From the IMG/VR virus record IMGVR_UViG_3300027708_001637: a DNA stretch of 64,000 bases. One strand, given 5' to 3'. How positions within the stretch are numbered: the stretch's first letter is position 1; every line of letters begins with the position of its first letter. The position numbers and the translations under genes were made by a program. The notes below the pieces were generated by a model that worked only from the letters and a program-made list of their open reading frames with translations, was not told where the DNA came from and did not search any database. This stretch comes from a virus. Of this stretch, positions 16,900 to 32,100 are shown one piece after another.

Positions 16900-19800
16900 A
16901 TGACTATTCCAGCAACAAATTCAAAACTACTTATAACTCAAGACTGGGTAAAAATTTATCAGTCTTTCCCTTACGCAGAACTTCAGAGTTATGACTTTAA
17001 TACAATTCGTCGTGTATTAATTTCTTATCTAAAAGAAAACTATCCCGAAGATTTCAATGACTTTATTGAAAGTAGTGAGTATATTGCACTAGTTGAATTG
17101 ATTGCATACATTGGACAGAATTTAAGTTTCCGTATTGATTTAAATGCCCGTGAAAATTTTATATCAACTGCACAACGTCGTGATAGCATACTAAATCTAG
17201 CAAACTTAATTAGTTACAAACCCAAGAGAAATATACCAGCTAGTGGTTTATTAAAGGTATCCTCTATTTCAACTACTGCTAATGTATTTGATTCCACAGG
17301 TGTTAACTTATCTAATACCACTATTTCTTGGAATGATGCTACAAATCCCAATTGGTATCAACAATTTTTATCAATTATCAATTCTGCAATGCCAGGCGGT
17401 ATGACCTATGGAACACCGTCAGCATCTGCGGTTATTGGCGGCATTGTTACTCAGCAGTATGTTGTTAACAGTTCTAATACAGACGTTCCAATTTACAGTT
17501 TTTCAAAGAATATTAATGGAACCAGTATGAACTTTGAAATAGTTCCTGCTACGTTCCAGGGACAAAATTATGTCTATGAAGATACGCCAATTCCTGGCAC
17601 TAATTTTAAAATGCTGTATCAGGATGATAATCAAGGTGCAGGCAGTGCTAACACTGGATTTTTTGCGTTATTCAAACAGGGGTCAATGTCGGCCAGCGGA
17701 TTTAACATAACCAATCCTGTACCTAACGAAGTTGTTGGCATCAATGTTGACGGTATTAATAACACTGATACTTGGTTGTGGCAGTTGTCTTCTAATTTTA
17801 GATATACTTCTCTATGGTCTCAAGCACCAAGTATTGCTGGAAATAATGTTATCTATAATAGTTTAAATCAAAATTTGCGTAATGTATATAGTGTTACTAC
17901 ACGGGCCAATGATCAAGTTGATTTAAACTTTGCAGATGGTAGTTTTGGTAATTTGCCCAATGGTAGGTTCCAGTTTTTCTATCGCCAAAGTAATGGATTA
18001 ACTTATACCATTAAACCCAATCAAATGGCCAGTGTAGTTGTATCTATACCATATGTTGACAAATCTGGATTGAATCAATCTTTAACATTAATATTAAGTT
18101 TAGAATATACCGTCAGTAATAGTGCTGGCACCGAATCAATTGCCAGCATTAGACAAAATGCACCTCAGCAATATTATACGCAAAATCGTATGATTACCGC
18201 TGAAGATTATAATATTGCTCCGCTAACTTATACCAGTAACGTGGTTAAAATTAAAAGTGTTAATAGAATCAGTAGCGGTATTAGCAAATATTTTGATTTA
18301 AGTGATGTCAGCGGAAAATATTCTAGTACAAACATTTTTTGTGACGATGGTATTTTAGCAAAGAATACAACTACACACGGATTTACATTTAGATTTAATA
18401 CAATAAATGATATTTGGGCCGCAGTTAAAACTAAATTAGAACCATATATTAGCAGTCCTGAATTAAAATCATACTATTTGGATATTTTTAGAAAATACGC
18501 CCCAGTTACATCTGATTTAAATTTTATTTGGACAACTGTTAAAACTATTTCTAGCCAAAGTCAAGGATATTTTGTTAACCTAGCTGGCGCGCCAAGTGCA
18601 GTGGGGACAGAATATTCTTCATTGCCTAATTCTTTATATTATATTGGCCCTGGGACATTAATCAAATTTACTGCTCCAAAAACAGTAAACGGAGCAACTC
18701 AGTACTTCTTACCAGACGGTACTATTACTACAGTCCCTGCATATAATACTATAAGTTATATTTGGTCCACTGTCCAACAGGTAATTGGTTCTGGTTCTAA
18801 TAACGGCCTTGGGGCATTAAACGACGGCTCTGGCCCCATTGTACTCACCAATTCAGTTCCTAATGGCGCAGTACCTGTAGAAATTATTCCACCTTTTAGC
18901 AACATTTTAAATTATAATTTTGAATCTAGCATAGTTAACCTATGTGCTAATCAACAGACTTTTGGGCTGAGATTTGATTCAACACTACGTTCTTGGATTA
19001 TAATTCAAAATTCAAATCTTAATAGTCAAGCAGTTGCTGGTAATATTTTTACCTACGAGGGCGACGGTACAAATAAACAATTAGACGCCAGTTGGTTAGT
19101 ATTGTTTACGTGGGAACCATCAAATCAATCCTATTCTGTATCTGTGAAAAATACTCAATATATTTTTCAAAGTGCCAATGAGACTGGATTTTATGTAGAC
19201 ACTTCCAATACAAATTTTGATTATGTTAACAATGTGGTAGTCAAAGATAAAATTACGGTATTATCAGTAAATTCAAACCCTAGTAGTTTGTATCCTAATA
19301 ATGGGCCTATGGGCATTGACTACACTTGGCAAATTGATTCTGCTGATGTTGAAGCAGATGGGTATGTGGATCCTTCCATTGTGTTTGTGAGCCCTTATAA
19401 TCATTTGGATAGTAGTAAGTTTAGCCAAATTGCTCATCCAGATGCATTTAATAATATTGTTGGCACTGGCAGTACTGTTGTTATTAACGGTAATACATAT
19501 CCAGGCCGCAGTGGATTAAAATTCCAATATCAACACAATCCAAGTAAAGAAGTTAGAATTGATCCTGCCAAGAGCAATATTATTGATGTTTATATGTTAA
19601 CAACAGATTATGATAATGCATTTAGAACTTGGCTACTAACTGGGGTTGGATCTAAACCAATACCACCAACTAGTTTTGCTCTTGAAAGTAATTACGCAGC
19701 AGATTTGGAACCTATCAAAGCAGTAAGTGATCAAATTATATATCAACCTGCTCAGTATAAAATTTTATTTGGCCCCACTGCTGACAAGAATTTACAAGCA

Positions 19801-20130
19801 ACTTTTAAAGCAGTTGTAAGTAACAACACCATTTTAAGTAACACTGATATTACCAATCAAATATTAAACGGTATTAATAATTTCTTTATATTGAGTAATT
19901 GGGATTTTGGAAAAAGTTTCTATTTTAGCGAGCTGTCAACATACATAATGAATTTACTAACGCCCAATATTACTAACTTTGTAATTGTTCCAGCCAGCAG
20001 TGGATTTGGTAATTTGTACGAAGTAACTTGCCAAAGCAATGAAATTTTCATAAGTGGTGCTACGGCAGATAACATACAAGTTATTTCTGCTGCAACTGCC
20101 GCACAATTAAATATTAGTGCTGGAAAATAA
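16900..20130 (+). CDS. gp6: Baseplate wedge subunit gp6-like (baseplate J family)
   Basis: DFNDFIESSE..AL.EL.AY...F..D...E.F..TA..R.SI..LA..ISY.P and ESI.SIR.NAP..Y..QNR..TAEDY motifs. Confidence 0.9.
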   Translation: MTIPATNSKLLITQDWVKIYQSFPYAELQSYDFNTIRRVLISYLKENYPEDFNDFIESSEYIALVELIAYIGQNLSFRIDLNARENFISTAQRRDSILNLANLISYKPKRNIPASGLLKVSSISTTANVFDSTGVNLSNTTISWNDATNPNWYQQFLSIINSAMPGGMTYGTPSASAVIGGIVTQQYVVNSSNTDVPIYSFSKNINGTSMNFEIVPATFQGQNYVYEDTPIPGTNFKMLYQDDNQGAGSANTGFFALFKQGSMSASGFNITNPVPNEVVGINVDGINNTDTWLWQLSSNFRYTSLWSQAPSIAGNNVIYNSLNQNLRNVYSVTTRANDQVDLNFADGSFGNLPNGRFQFFYRQSNGLTYTIKPNQMASVVVSIPYVDKSGLNQSLTLILSLEYTVSNSAGTESIASIRQNAPQQYYTQNRMITAEDYNIAPLTYTSNVVKIKSVNRISSGISKYFDLSDVSGKYSSTNIFCDDGILAKNTTTHGFTFRFNTINDIWAAVKTKLEPYISSPELKSYYLDIFRKYAPVTSDLNFIWTTVKTISSQSQGYFVNLAGAPSAVGTEYSSLPNSLYYIGPGTLIKFTAPKTVNGATQYFLPDGTITTVPAYNTISYIWSTVQQVIGSGSNNGLGALNDGSGPIVLTNSVPNGAVPVEIIPPFSNILNYNFESSIVNLCANQQTFGLRFDSTLRSWIIIQNSNLNSQAVAGNIFTYEGDGTNKQLDASWLVLFTWEPSNQSYSVSVKNTQYIFQSANETGFYVDTSNTNFDYVNNVVVKDKITVLSVNSNPSSLYPNNGPMGIDYTWQIDSADVEADGYVDPSIVFVSPYNHLDSSKFSQIAHPDAFNNIVGTGSTVVINGNTYPGRSGLKFQYQHNPSKEVRIDPAKSNIIDVYMLTTDYDNAFRTWLLTGVGSKPIPPTSFALESNYAADLEPIKAVSDQIIYQPAQYKILFGPTADKNLQATFKAVVSNNTILSNTDITNQILNGINNFFILSNWDFGKSFYFSELSTYIMNLLTPNITNFVIVPASSGFGNLYEVTCQSNEIFISGATADNIQVISAATAAQLNISAGK

Positions 20131-20132
20131 TA

Positions 20133-23100
20133 ATGTCAACTGCTACAATTCAAACAGTAAATTTACTACCCTCATATCTTCAAACTAGTAAAAACTCTAA
20201 GTTTTTAGCAAGTACGATTGATCAATTGATTCAACCTCCACAATTGGAGAAATTGAATTCTTATATTGGATACGAGCCGCCTGTAATATCTGTTGTTACT
20301 ACTCAAACTGTTACGACTTCTTCGTATGAATTAGTTGCATTGCTTAAACCAGCAGATATTGCTGGAACTTATTTTTCAACAGAATTAGTTGCACCTAGAA
20401 AAGAGGGGCAATTTTCACAAATTGCACAATTTAATGCTGACGATGCTTTCCAAGGACCATATAATTTGGGGTTTGATTGGAATATGTTTGGTACAATATA
20501 TAATCAAGTATATATTGGTACTAACGGGTATTTGACATTTGGAGGTGGCGACGTAAAGTATACACCTTTAACAGTTGGAGCACTAAAGTATCCTGCTATA
20601 TATGTAGAATATACTGATTTATGGGAAGGTTACGGTCCGTCTGGTCAGCCATTATCGACTGGCGAAACTCCAGGAATTAGGTATGCTACTGGGTCTATTG
20701 GAAATTTTAAATATTTTAGAATGCGTTTTCAAGGATCGCATTATATCCAGAGAAATCAAACTCCCGTTATTCCTGCATATGATTACGAATGTACATTGTA
20801 CTCTGACGGTGTTAACCAATATGTAGAAAACATTTACGAGATGATCCCAAGTACTGTTCACGGATTGGGCACTAATGATATTGGGGCAGTGTTTGGAATT
20901 GCTAACCCACAAAACAGCATACCACCCACTACTCCTCTTATTCTTCCTTCCCAGAGTGTTCCAAATAATACTAGTCACGTGTTTTATAGCACACAAAATG
21001 GGGGCAAATGGTATTATTCTGGACCAGGAAGTTTTGACCCGTTTGCAAAACAAGGTATTTTAATTTCCAATACTCAAACGTATATTCTTACTACTAAAAA
21101 TAATTATATTACTAGTACTTCTACCTATGTTGATATTTCAAAATTACCAACTTGGAAATTGGGCGATACTTATATAAAAGAATCCAGCGATTTAAGGCAA
21201 GCGTATCAATTGGAACCTGCATTAATTGCATACGACAAAAATTTAAATGTGACTACTGTTGTATCAATTGATGATTTAGCAAACGAAATTACAATTAAGG
21301 GCGGCATTGCTGATAATTTTGACAGACTATTTAGAAGTGATGTTTATTCTTTTGATCCTAAAATTGATTGGGATAAATTAACCAACTATCAAAATTACTA
21401 TTGGTTGCCAACTGGTCCGGCATTAATTGATATCTCCTCTGATAACATTGATGTTGATAATGATATTATTGGGAATACATCTTATACATTTACTGTTACT
21501 AACTCTACTGCTACATTTTCTTTGTTAAATGGTATGTTGATTAGTTTTAGTGGACATAATGTATCACCTGCATACAAATATCAAGAATTTATTGTAGAAG
21601 GTACTGGCACGTCAATTACATTGTTGCCACTAAATTCTTTAATCACTCCCGAATCAGTAGCAGCCCCTGCAGATGAAACTTTTGATACATATGGATTTAG
21701 TATATGGCCTGGCCGACTTCCGTTTGTGCCTGAGTATGTAACAATTAATAGATCTAGCAAAGATTCAAATCCTTGGTCAAGGTATAATCGCTGGTTCAGT
21801 TCTAATGTAATTGAATCTAGCGAGTTAGCAAATGGTCGACCAATTACATATCCTACTAAGCACCGTGCAAAATCCCCCATTGTTGAATTCAACGCAGATA
21901 TTCAATTGTTTAACTTTGGGTCTATATCTATTGGCTCTGTTGATATAATTGATACAACAACAGTTGATGCATTTACAACAATTGAAGGATCTACTTCATT
22001 TGCAACTATTAATGAATCTTCTATACAAATTGATGGCATTGCATTAGAATACGGTCAACGCATCATATTTTCTGCTGACAAAAATCCAGTAGTAAGTAGT
22101 ACAATTTATTCTGTAGATATTGTAAACATTAATGGAACGCCTACATTAATATTGGTGCCTTCATCTAATCAAATCGCCGCTGGTTCATCTGTGGTAGTTA
22201 CCAAGGGCACAGTTAATGCAGGCACTAGTTGGTACTTTAACGGTACTGCTTGGGTATATTCTCAACAGCGCACTCATTTAAATGAGGCACCACTGTTTGA
22301 TTTATTTGATGATTTGGGGCAAAGTTATTCAAACAAAAATTATTATACCAGTAATTGGGGTGGTAATAAAATATTTGGATATAAGACAGGCATCACCAAT
22401 TCATTGTTTTACAATTATTTTGCCAATGGCTCTATTGTTGTAACAGAGCCAAATCAAACTATTAGATCTATCCCAACAAGTGCAACCTATTTTAAAGTTG
22501 GCAATGAATATTTTAATACTTGGGGATCAAGAACTGCGCCCCCTATTGAAATTACAAGTGCGGGCTATTACGATGTTCCATTAAGTTTAACTAATAATCC
22601 ATTAAACAGTGGACTATCAAATTTAACATTATCAGATTTAACTGAACACGCCGCTGCTAAGAATAGATTAATTGCTAGTTACAATCCCGTTGCATTTGCT
22701 ATGATGTTTGAAGGCAAAATTGAAAATAGTGTCATAGATGCTATTACAAAATCTGCAGATGCATACAATCAATTTAAATTCTCATTGCTAACACAGGCTG
22801 CTAACATCAACAGTCTAACTGATCCTGTATCTGCATTAGATGAAATTTTAACTATAATCAACTCCAGTAAAACTTCAACAAGTCCTTATTATTTGTCAGA
22901 TATGTTGGCATTTGGCGTTGATAAAAAAGTTATTACTTATACTGTAAACAACTTAACACGAACTAGTTATTCCATATCTTCAACGTTTGACTTATCTGCT
23001 CCTAATACTCGTAGTGTGTTAGTTTACCTAAATGAAAAACAATTAACATTCGGCGTTGATTATATATTTGACGTAATTGACAATATGGTAGTTATGTTAA

Positions 23101-26100
23101 CTGCGTTATCTTTGGGCGATGTTTTAACCATTAACGAGTACAACAACACCAATGGAAGTTTTGTCCCTCCTACGCCTAGCAAGTTGGGATTGTATCCTGT
23201 ATCTGTCCCGTCAATGTATGTAGATTACACATATGTAACACCAACAAAAGTTATACAAGGTCACGATGGTAGTATTATGGTTGCATTTAACGATTACCGT
23301 GATGCAATTATTTTAGAGTATGAGCTACGTGTTTACAATAATATTAAAGTAAAGTATCGTCCTGAACTATTTGATATTAATAGCGTTACTCCAGGTGCAT
23401 TTAGAAATACTGATTATAGTCTTGATGAAATTACTAAAATTGTAGAACAAGATTTTATTCGTTGGAGCGGCATATATGGAATTGATTACGTTAGCAATCC
23501 TACGTTTAACAATGCTGAACCACGTACTTGGAACTATACAGGATCTCTCAACACATTATTAAATGTGTCAGTAAACGGATCTTGGCGCTCAATTTTTAAA
23601 TATTTTTATGATACTGATCGTCCCGCAACACATCCTTGGGAAATGTTAGGATTAGTATCTGAACCTACTTGGTGGACAGATTTGTATGGACCTGCTCCCT
23701 ATACATCTGGTAACACACTCATGTGGGGTGACATTGAAGCAGGTCGAATTAATGGAGTTGTGAATCAATTCTATGCTCGTCCTGGATTGAGTTCCATACT
23801 ACCCGTAGATTCAAACGGTAATCAATTAGACCCTACCACAGTTCCATTAATTGTTAATACTACCCCGTATAACATTAGACAAAGCTGGATTATTGGAGAT
23901 CAAGGTCCTGCTGAAACGGTATGGCGTCGTAGTAGTTTTTGGCCATTTGTTGTCCAACGATTATTAGCATTAACTCGTCCTGCAAATTACTGCACCCTAA
24001 TGTATGATCCATTCAATATGAATGTTGATCTCGCTGGTCAATGGAGTTATGGTGCTAACCATACTTTGCCACAATTGGCATCTATGCCAATTCACGGTGA
24101 GAATGGAATTGCAACAACTGGCTATAGTGTTTTTGTTAGTGAAATTGGTCAACAGCGTACAAAAAATTATATTGCAGATTTACGTCAAGATTTGACATAC
24201 GTTAATTTTCAATTATTTCACAAAGTTGGTGGATTTGTAAATCCAGATACCCTACAAATTATACTTGATGCATACGAGCCAACTACTATGGATGCCGGTG
24301 CCATATTACCTAAACAAAATTATAAATTAATTTTGAATACCAGCAATCCTATTCGAAGCATTGGCATTAGCGGATTGATTATTCAACGTATTAACGGCGC
24401 ATTTGTAGTTACTGGATACGATCGACAAGATCCATATTTTACATACTATACTCCTATAAGAAATGCTAATACACCTACTATTACTGTTGGTGGCGTTAGT
24501 GCAGAATATGTTAATTGGGCACCTGCTGCCACAGTTGGCTCACGTGGATTAACTTCTGCTGACATAACATCCGCTGTGTCTGCTCCAACAACTGTATTTT
24601 ACCAACAAGGGCAAATTGTTCGTTATGGTAACAATTACTATAGAGTACAAGTAAGCCATCAAGCAGAAACTGCATTTAATTCAAGCCTGTATCAATTACT
24701 AACCGTATTACCAACAACTGGCGGTGCAACTGTGCAAACTGCATCTAAATTTAACTCAACACCAAGTTATGCACCTTATGGCCAAACATACAACACCATA
24801 CAAGAAGTTTATGATCTTATTATAGGGTACGGGGCTTGGTTAGCAGATCAAGGATTTGTTTTTAACGAATTCAATACTACATTAAACTCAGTAGTGGATT
24901 GGAATTTAAGTGCTCGCGAATTCTTGTACTGGAGCACACAAAATTGGATCAACAACAGTATTATTTCCATCAGTCCATTTGCTGATCAGTTGACTTATCA
25001 ATACAGTGATTCAGTTGTTGACAATGTTTTTGATAGTTTTTATGATTACAGCATATATCGTTCAGATGGTACACCGTTTCCTAAAAAGAATTTGTTCATT
25101 GCTAGAGAAAGTGGCCAGTTCACAATTAATACTATTAATACTGGTGACGGAATTTACTATGCGCGATTGAATTCAGTACAAAAAGAACACGGAATGATAT
25201 TTGACAACACTACAGCATATAGTGATGTGATTTATGATATTGAAACAGGTCAGCGCCAACACCGTATGAAATTAGTGGGATTTAGAACTGCTAACTGGAA
25301 CGGTGACTTTTTTGCACCAGGCTTTGTTTATGACCAAGCTAAAATTGTAACTTGGGCCCCTAATACCTATTACACGGCTAGTGATGTTGTACAGTTTAAT
25401 GGTCAATTCTATAGTGCCAAGATGAGTTTAGAAGGTAGTAAGATATTTGATCATACCAAATGGACTTTGTTGGGATCAAAGCCTGTTGCAGGATTAATTC
25501 CTAACTTTGATTATAAAATTCGTGCATTTAACGATTTCTATAGTTTAGACATTGACAGTTTTGATGCTGCTCAACAACGTACTGCCCAACAGTTAACTGG
25601 TTATGTTCCTCGCGACTACTTAAACAATATCTTTACTGATCCTATTAGTCAATATAAATTCTATCAAGGATACATTAAAGAGAAAGGCACTAAAAATCCT
25701 ATCAATAAATTATCCAAGGCTAGCATTAATAATTTAAACAGTAAAATTGATTTTAATGAAGAATGGGCGTTCCGTGTTGGACAATACGGGTCATTCACTA
25801 CTTATAAAGAATTTGAAACTCCTCTAGTTGAAGGTAAGTTTGCAGAAAATCCTCAGATTATCAGTTTCGTTAACACCGTACCTGAATTATTTAAAGATTT
25901 AGTTTATTATGTAACACCTGACAAATTGACTATTGGAAAAGGTACATTGCCAAGTTTTGTCACCACAAGTTCCAGTGCTAGTTCGTTTAAATTATTAAAT
26001 GCAGGATATGCACAATTGGATGACGTTACTAATACAGCATTCAATACCAATAGTTTAATTACATTGGCCAATAATACTGCATTGAATGTTGGCGATACAG

Positions 26101-29100
26101 TTTGGGTAAGTTCTACTAATACAGGTGATTGGGATATATATAGATATGCATTTGTCCCTGCTGGAATTACCAATGTGGCCGTTGAAGTTGCATACAGTTC
26201 TATCATCTTTACTACTGCTGGGTCTCACGGATTAAAAGCAACTGATCTAGTATCCATAACTAATATTGATAGTTCAGTTAATGGCATATATCAAGTTGTA
26301 TCAGTTATTGGTAACACTCAATTTACAGTGTCTAGTTCATTATCGTCTGTCAATTTTATATTTCCAACAACTCCAGGAACATTGTTTACATTTAAAAGTT
26401 CTAGATTTTCATCATATGATAATATGCCCTCAGATCAAGAATTATTCCAGTATCCTCCAGGAACAACTATTTGGATTGATTCTGGTAATCTAACAGATAA
26501 CAACGGATGGGCAGTTTACGAAAAAGTAAATAATTATTATAAAACCAAAGTCAATAGTTTTGGAACTACTTCTGCATTATCTTCTAACCAAGCATTGGGA
26601 TATAGTATAAGCAAACGAAAAGGAAATAATGTAGTAGTGGCAGGACTTCCTACTTACAACGATACTTCTGGAAATTCTGGTAGGGTATCATTGTACACTA
26701 AAAATGGTAACAATCTACAATTCCTATTAAACTATCCATTATCAAATACACCGTTACCCAATACAGAATTTGGATACAGTGTAATTTATGACGATATTGA
26801 ATTTAATCTCACTACCTATGGATTAATATTTGCTGGAGCACCAGGTGCTTACAATTCTAGTGGTACTATTAAAATTAGTAGTATTAATGCCAATTCTTTA
26901 CAACAACAACCAGAAATTACTATTGACAATCCTAGTAATACATATGGCAGGTTTGGATCTAGTATATTTGTTCAAAGAAATACCAGTACCAAGCTAGTAT
27001 TAATTGGTGCTCCAGAAAATGGAGGAAGCGTATATTCATATACAATTACTGCCACTAATACGATACAAATTAATCAACCAAAAACTGTAACCGCTTCAAC
27101 TTCGGGTACACTTTGGTTATCAACATCTACCCGATGGGGGCATTCTATCGTTGGTTCTGACAATGCTAGTATCTATGCAATTGGTGCTCCTGGATTTGAC
27201 AACAATAGTGGCACTGTTTGGACATCAAATTATGAACTAATCACAAGTCCATTTGGTTCTGGTAGTGGGTTTGGTCATTCAATGGCAATGAGTACTAGTG
27301 GCAATTATTTGGCTATTAGTGCTCCAAATTATATCAATGCTAATAATAGTTTAGGTGCGGTTGCAGTATATACATTGACTAATAGTACATATATATTAGA
27401 TCAGATTTTATATAATCCAGTTAATACAAACATATATGGTGGCAGTTTGCATTTTGGATATGCAATGGATTTCAATGCTGAAACTGATATTTTAATAATT
27501 AGTTCATTGGGCACCGCATCAACAACTCTAACTACATTTGATAAAGGTAGTACCACATTTGATAAGAAGACTACTTATTTTACTGCCGATGAACCAGGAT
27601 CTGGTTCAGTTTATCTATATGAAAGGCGAGCCCATCGTTACGTGTATGCAAATGAATTGACATCTAGTGATATTACTACTGTTCAAGGAACTGATTATGG
27701 AACAAGCGTGGCCGTTGATACTGGGGTGGTATTAGTTGGTGCACCAGCAATTACTAGTAACGGGTCTAGTAGTGTTCATCAATTTAATCAAATTAATTCT
27801 ACGTATACAGGATGGAATCCGTTAAGAGTACAAGATGATTTAGTAGTACTGGATACTATTAGAGAAATTAAATTAATTGATACTATTACTGATAGTATAG
27901 TTAATTATTATGATTATCATGATCCACTAAAAGGTAAAATACTTGGTATTGCTGAAGAAGAATTAACTTATAAAACAGCCACTGATCCTGCAATCTATAG
28001 TACTGGCACTAGTACCGTTAATGTGAACGTCAATACTAGTTGGTTGGATGACCACGTGGGAGAATTATGGTGGGATTTAAGTACTGCTAAATTTATCTGG
28101 TATGAGCAAGGCGATTTAGAATATCGTAGAAATAAATGGGGTAAATTATTCCCAGGTGCTAGTATTGATGTATATGAATGGGTGGGATCACAGTTATTGC
28201 CTAGCGAGTGGGCAGCTCAAGCAGATACTAATTCTGGCTTAACATCTGGAATTAGCGGACAGCCAAAATTTGTTGATAATAGCACCGTGAGTGTTAGTCA
28301 AGTTTACGACACTGTAACTGGATCATTTACCAATTATTATTACTATTGGGTCCTTAATAAAGTTGTAGTGCCCAATGTTAAAAATCGAAGAATTAGTGCA
28401 CAATCTGTGGCTAATATAATTTTTAATCCAGCAGCAGCAGGAGTTCAATACGCAGCAATTATAAGTTCAAATGCTTTGATGCTTGGCAATGTTGCAACAC
28501 AATTAGTATCTGATAATATCAGTTTAAATATTTCTCTTGATACTGCTAACAGTAAAATCCCCCGCCATACTGAATGGGTATTAATGCAAGAAGGATCTCA
28601 CGATTCCGTCCCGCCACCCATTTTAGAAAGAAAAATGATAGAAAGTCTTTTAGGACATACCATTAGCACTTCTACCAATGCTGGTGCACCTGTTCCAGAT
28701 CCTACACTATCTTCTAGAGAAAAATTTGGCATTGGTTTTAGGCCACAACAAACATTGTTTAATGATCGGTTGCAGGCCGTGAGAACAATAGTTGAATTTG
28801 CCAATAGTGTATTAATTAATCTTCAAATAACAGGAAATTACAATTTTGATCGATTAAATTCTCAACAATTGGCTCCCACATCATATAACGTAGTTGAAGA
28901 TAACAATGCATTGGATATGATTATTCCTACAGATGGAATGATTGTTACTGTTTTATCAGATAACACTTACGATGGTAGTTGGACAGTATTCAAATATAAT
29001 TCTAATATACAACAATGGGTTAGATATCAAACTCAAACTTTTAATACTACATTGTATTGGAATTACACAGATTGGGTAAGTTCTGATTATGATCAATATA

Positions 29101-32100
29101 AAATTTTGTCTGCCACAGTGGCCAATACATATGAATTATCGTTGCTATCGTTAGTTGCTGGCCAATATGTCAAAGTTAACAATAGGGGAGATGGAAATTA
29201 TATCATTGTTGAAAAAGTTAATACGATTGGAAATTTTAATAATGATTTTGATTTAGTTTATATTCAAAACGGAACTATTCAGTTATCTAAAGACTTATGG
29301 GATTCCCCATATGGCTGGGATGAGACATATTCATTTGATCAAACAGCTTGGAATAGGACTCCTGATTACGAACTTCAGCAAATCCTGCAGGCATTAAAAG
29401 ATGATATATTCATTAATGATTTAAAATCTAATTGGAATTTGTTATTCTTTAAAGCAATAAAATATGCGTTTACTGAAACCCAAACTATTGATTGGGCATT
29501 TAAAACCTCCTTTATTAGTGCAATAAACTATGCAGGCGAATTAAACCAACCAGCTGTTTATAAATTACAAGACAATGCGTTTTACGAAAATTACTTAAAT
29601 GAAGTCAAACCTTATCATACGCAAATAAGAGAATTCACAACTGAGTATTCTTCCACCGATACTATTAATACATCATTAACTGATTTTGAAGGTATTTACA
29701 CTGGTACTGATCAAATAATTGTACCGTTCCGTGCAGTTACTGGCAGTATTTTGTTTGATCGTGTATCCACTATGCCCACTATTGGTACATTACCTGTAAC
29801 TGACACGTTTATTGGTGATGGTGGTACCAGGGAATTCGTATTGAGCTGGGTAGCACATCCTAATAAATCACAACTAACTGTAACTATTGATGACACGTAT
29901 GTTTTACAATCTGATTATACAGTAAGATATTATAGTGCTAAATCTAATGGTTACCAAAAACAATTCAGTAATTTAAAATTTTTAAATCAATCGCCATCTC
30001 AAAATTCTCGAATTATGATAACTTATAATAAGAGTATTGAGTTAATGGATGCAACGGATCGCATTATTAATTTTTACGACCCAACACCAGGAATGCCTGG
30101 TAATGATTTAAATTTATTAATGGACGGCGTTACTGATCCTAGAAAATCCATTGGCGGTCAATATGAGGGAACTAATTTTGGAAATAGATTTGGTGGTACA
30201 GTTGCAGATACATCTATTGATGCTGGTCTTTTTTATAATGGAAAATTAATCAATGCTTTGGGTATTAATCCTACTGATTTAACAATCAATGGCGAATACG
30301 GATTTGTAACAACCAGTTCTGCATATGGCCCTGAAGAACTTATCCCAGGTTTTACTATTGATACATTGGGCATAGATGTTTATACCAAATCCAACAAATT
30401 AGTATCACCTACAATAATAAGTGGGTCGTTCAATGTTAATGCATCAAAATCCACATCTACTATTAAAACTACTGTTATTCAACCTACTACCAAAACTGGC
30501 AGTACTCAAACTGTTGTTACTGAAATTATCAATTCTACCACATATGGTTTAAGTATATTACCAACAACAATTGATAGTATATTTGTAAATTTCAATGGTA
30601 TTGAATTTGATTACACTGATTCGCCTTTTACAAATAGTGCACAATTTTCTATTGATTGGTATAAGTCCACTATTTCTATCCCTGCACAATTTTCAAATGG
30701 ATTGTTAGGTTATACGATTATTGGTGTTGGCGACAGTTCAACAAATGGAAATGGTTTAATTGATAACGGAATTGCATATGCTGCTAACACTCAAACTAAG
30801 AGTATTGTAAGTTTGGCAAATATTCATGATATCACACATTCATATGTCACTGTCAATGGTGCGCCAATTACACAGATAGATTCTGGAAATAACATTTATT
30901 ATTCTTTAAATTCTGCAAGTACTACCAGTAACCGAGCTGCCGCAACTGTAAAAAATCTTCAGCTTGATAAACAATACGCTGTTCAAGCCTGGTTCTTTGC
31001 ATCATCACAAGATAAATTTAATGTGATTCAAGAACAAGTATTCCCTGTAGTATCTTCCGTATATACATTAACTAATTTTGTATCTAATAGTACTTCTGGA
31101 TCGCCCAGTACTCAAGTTATTGTAGAATACATCTATAGTAACGGTATTAAAAGAAGATTGCTCCCACCTGATGTTTCATATTACACAGTAATTGATCCAA
31201 GCATTAAATCATACCGTGTAGTATTAGCGGCATCTGGTGTAACATTTAATACATCAAATACCAATACAAATGTATATTTGAATGGCAGTATATTAACAAC
31301 ATCCTCATATACATTTAGTGGTAACCAGATAGTAATTTCTAACAGTGTTACGCTTAATGTTGGTGATACAGTTTCTGTTGAAGCATTTAATAACTCTGAT
31401 ATTACTAGAGCATCTTCCAATAATTATACATATGATTATGTTATTGATAATTCAGGAAAATTATATCTAACATCTAATATAACACAACCGCATCCTTTAG
31501 ATAAATTAAAAGTTATAACATTTTCAAATCAAGATAGTTTATTATTAGAAACTCAAAAGTTTTTAGGTAACCCTGCTGGAACTTATAAAATGTCACGCCC
31601 AGTTTTAAATGTCAATTATGTATGGGTAACTATTGCAACTTCCTCAACTGTAACTGCACTGACTAGCGGAATTGATTATCAAGTATTAGATGATAATATC
31701 ACTGTTAAACTTAGCGATCAATACCCGGTGACTTCAAATCAAACTGTAATTATAATGAGTTTTGGAAATAATAAATCGGCAAGCAACGTGTTAGCATATA
31801 GACAATTTAAAGATTTATTAGGTGGATCTTCTTTTACTAGATTATCTGATAGAAATTCAACATATCTAACAAAACCTCTAGCATTTACTCATACTGAAAT
31901 TTGTGTAGCCGATGCATCAGTACTGACACCGCCAGATGTAAATCAAAATATTCCAGGTGTGATACTTGTTGACGGCGAGCGTATTGAGTTTTTTACTATA
32001 TCCGATAGTAACACGCTAACACACCTGCGCCGCGCAACATTGGGAACTAGCCCATCTGATCATTTAATAGCGGGCACAATTGTTATTGATCAAGGAAGTT

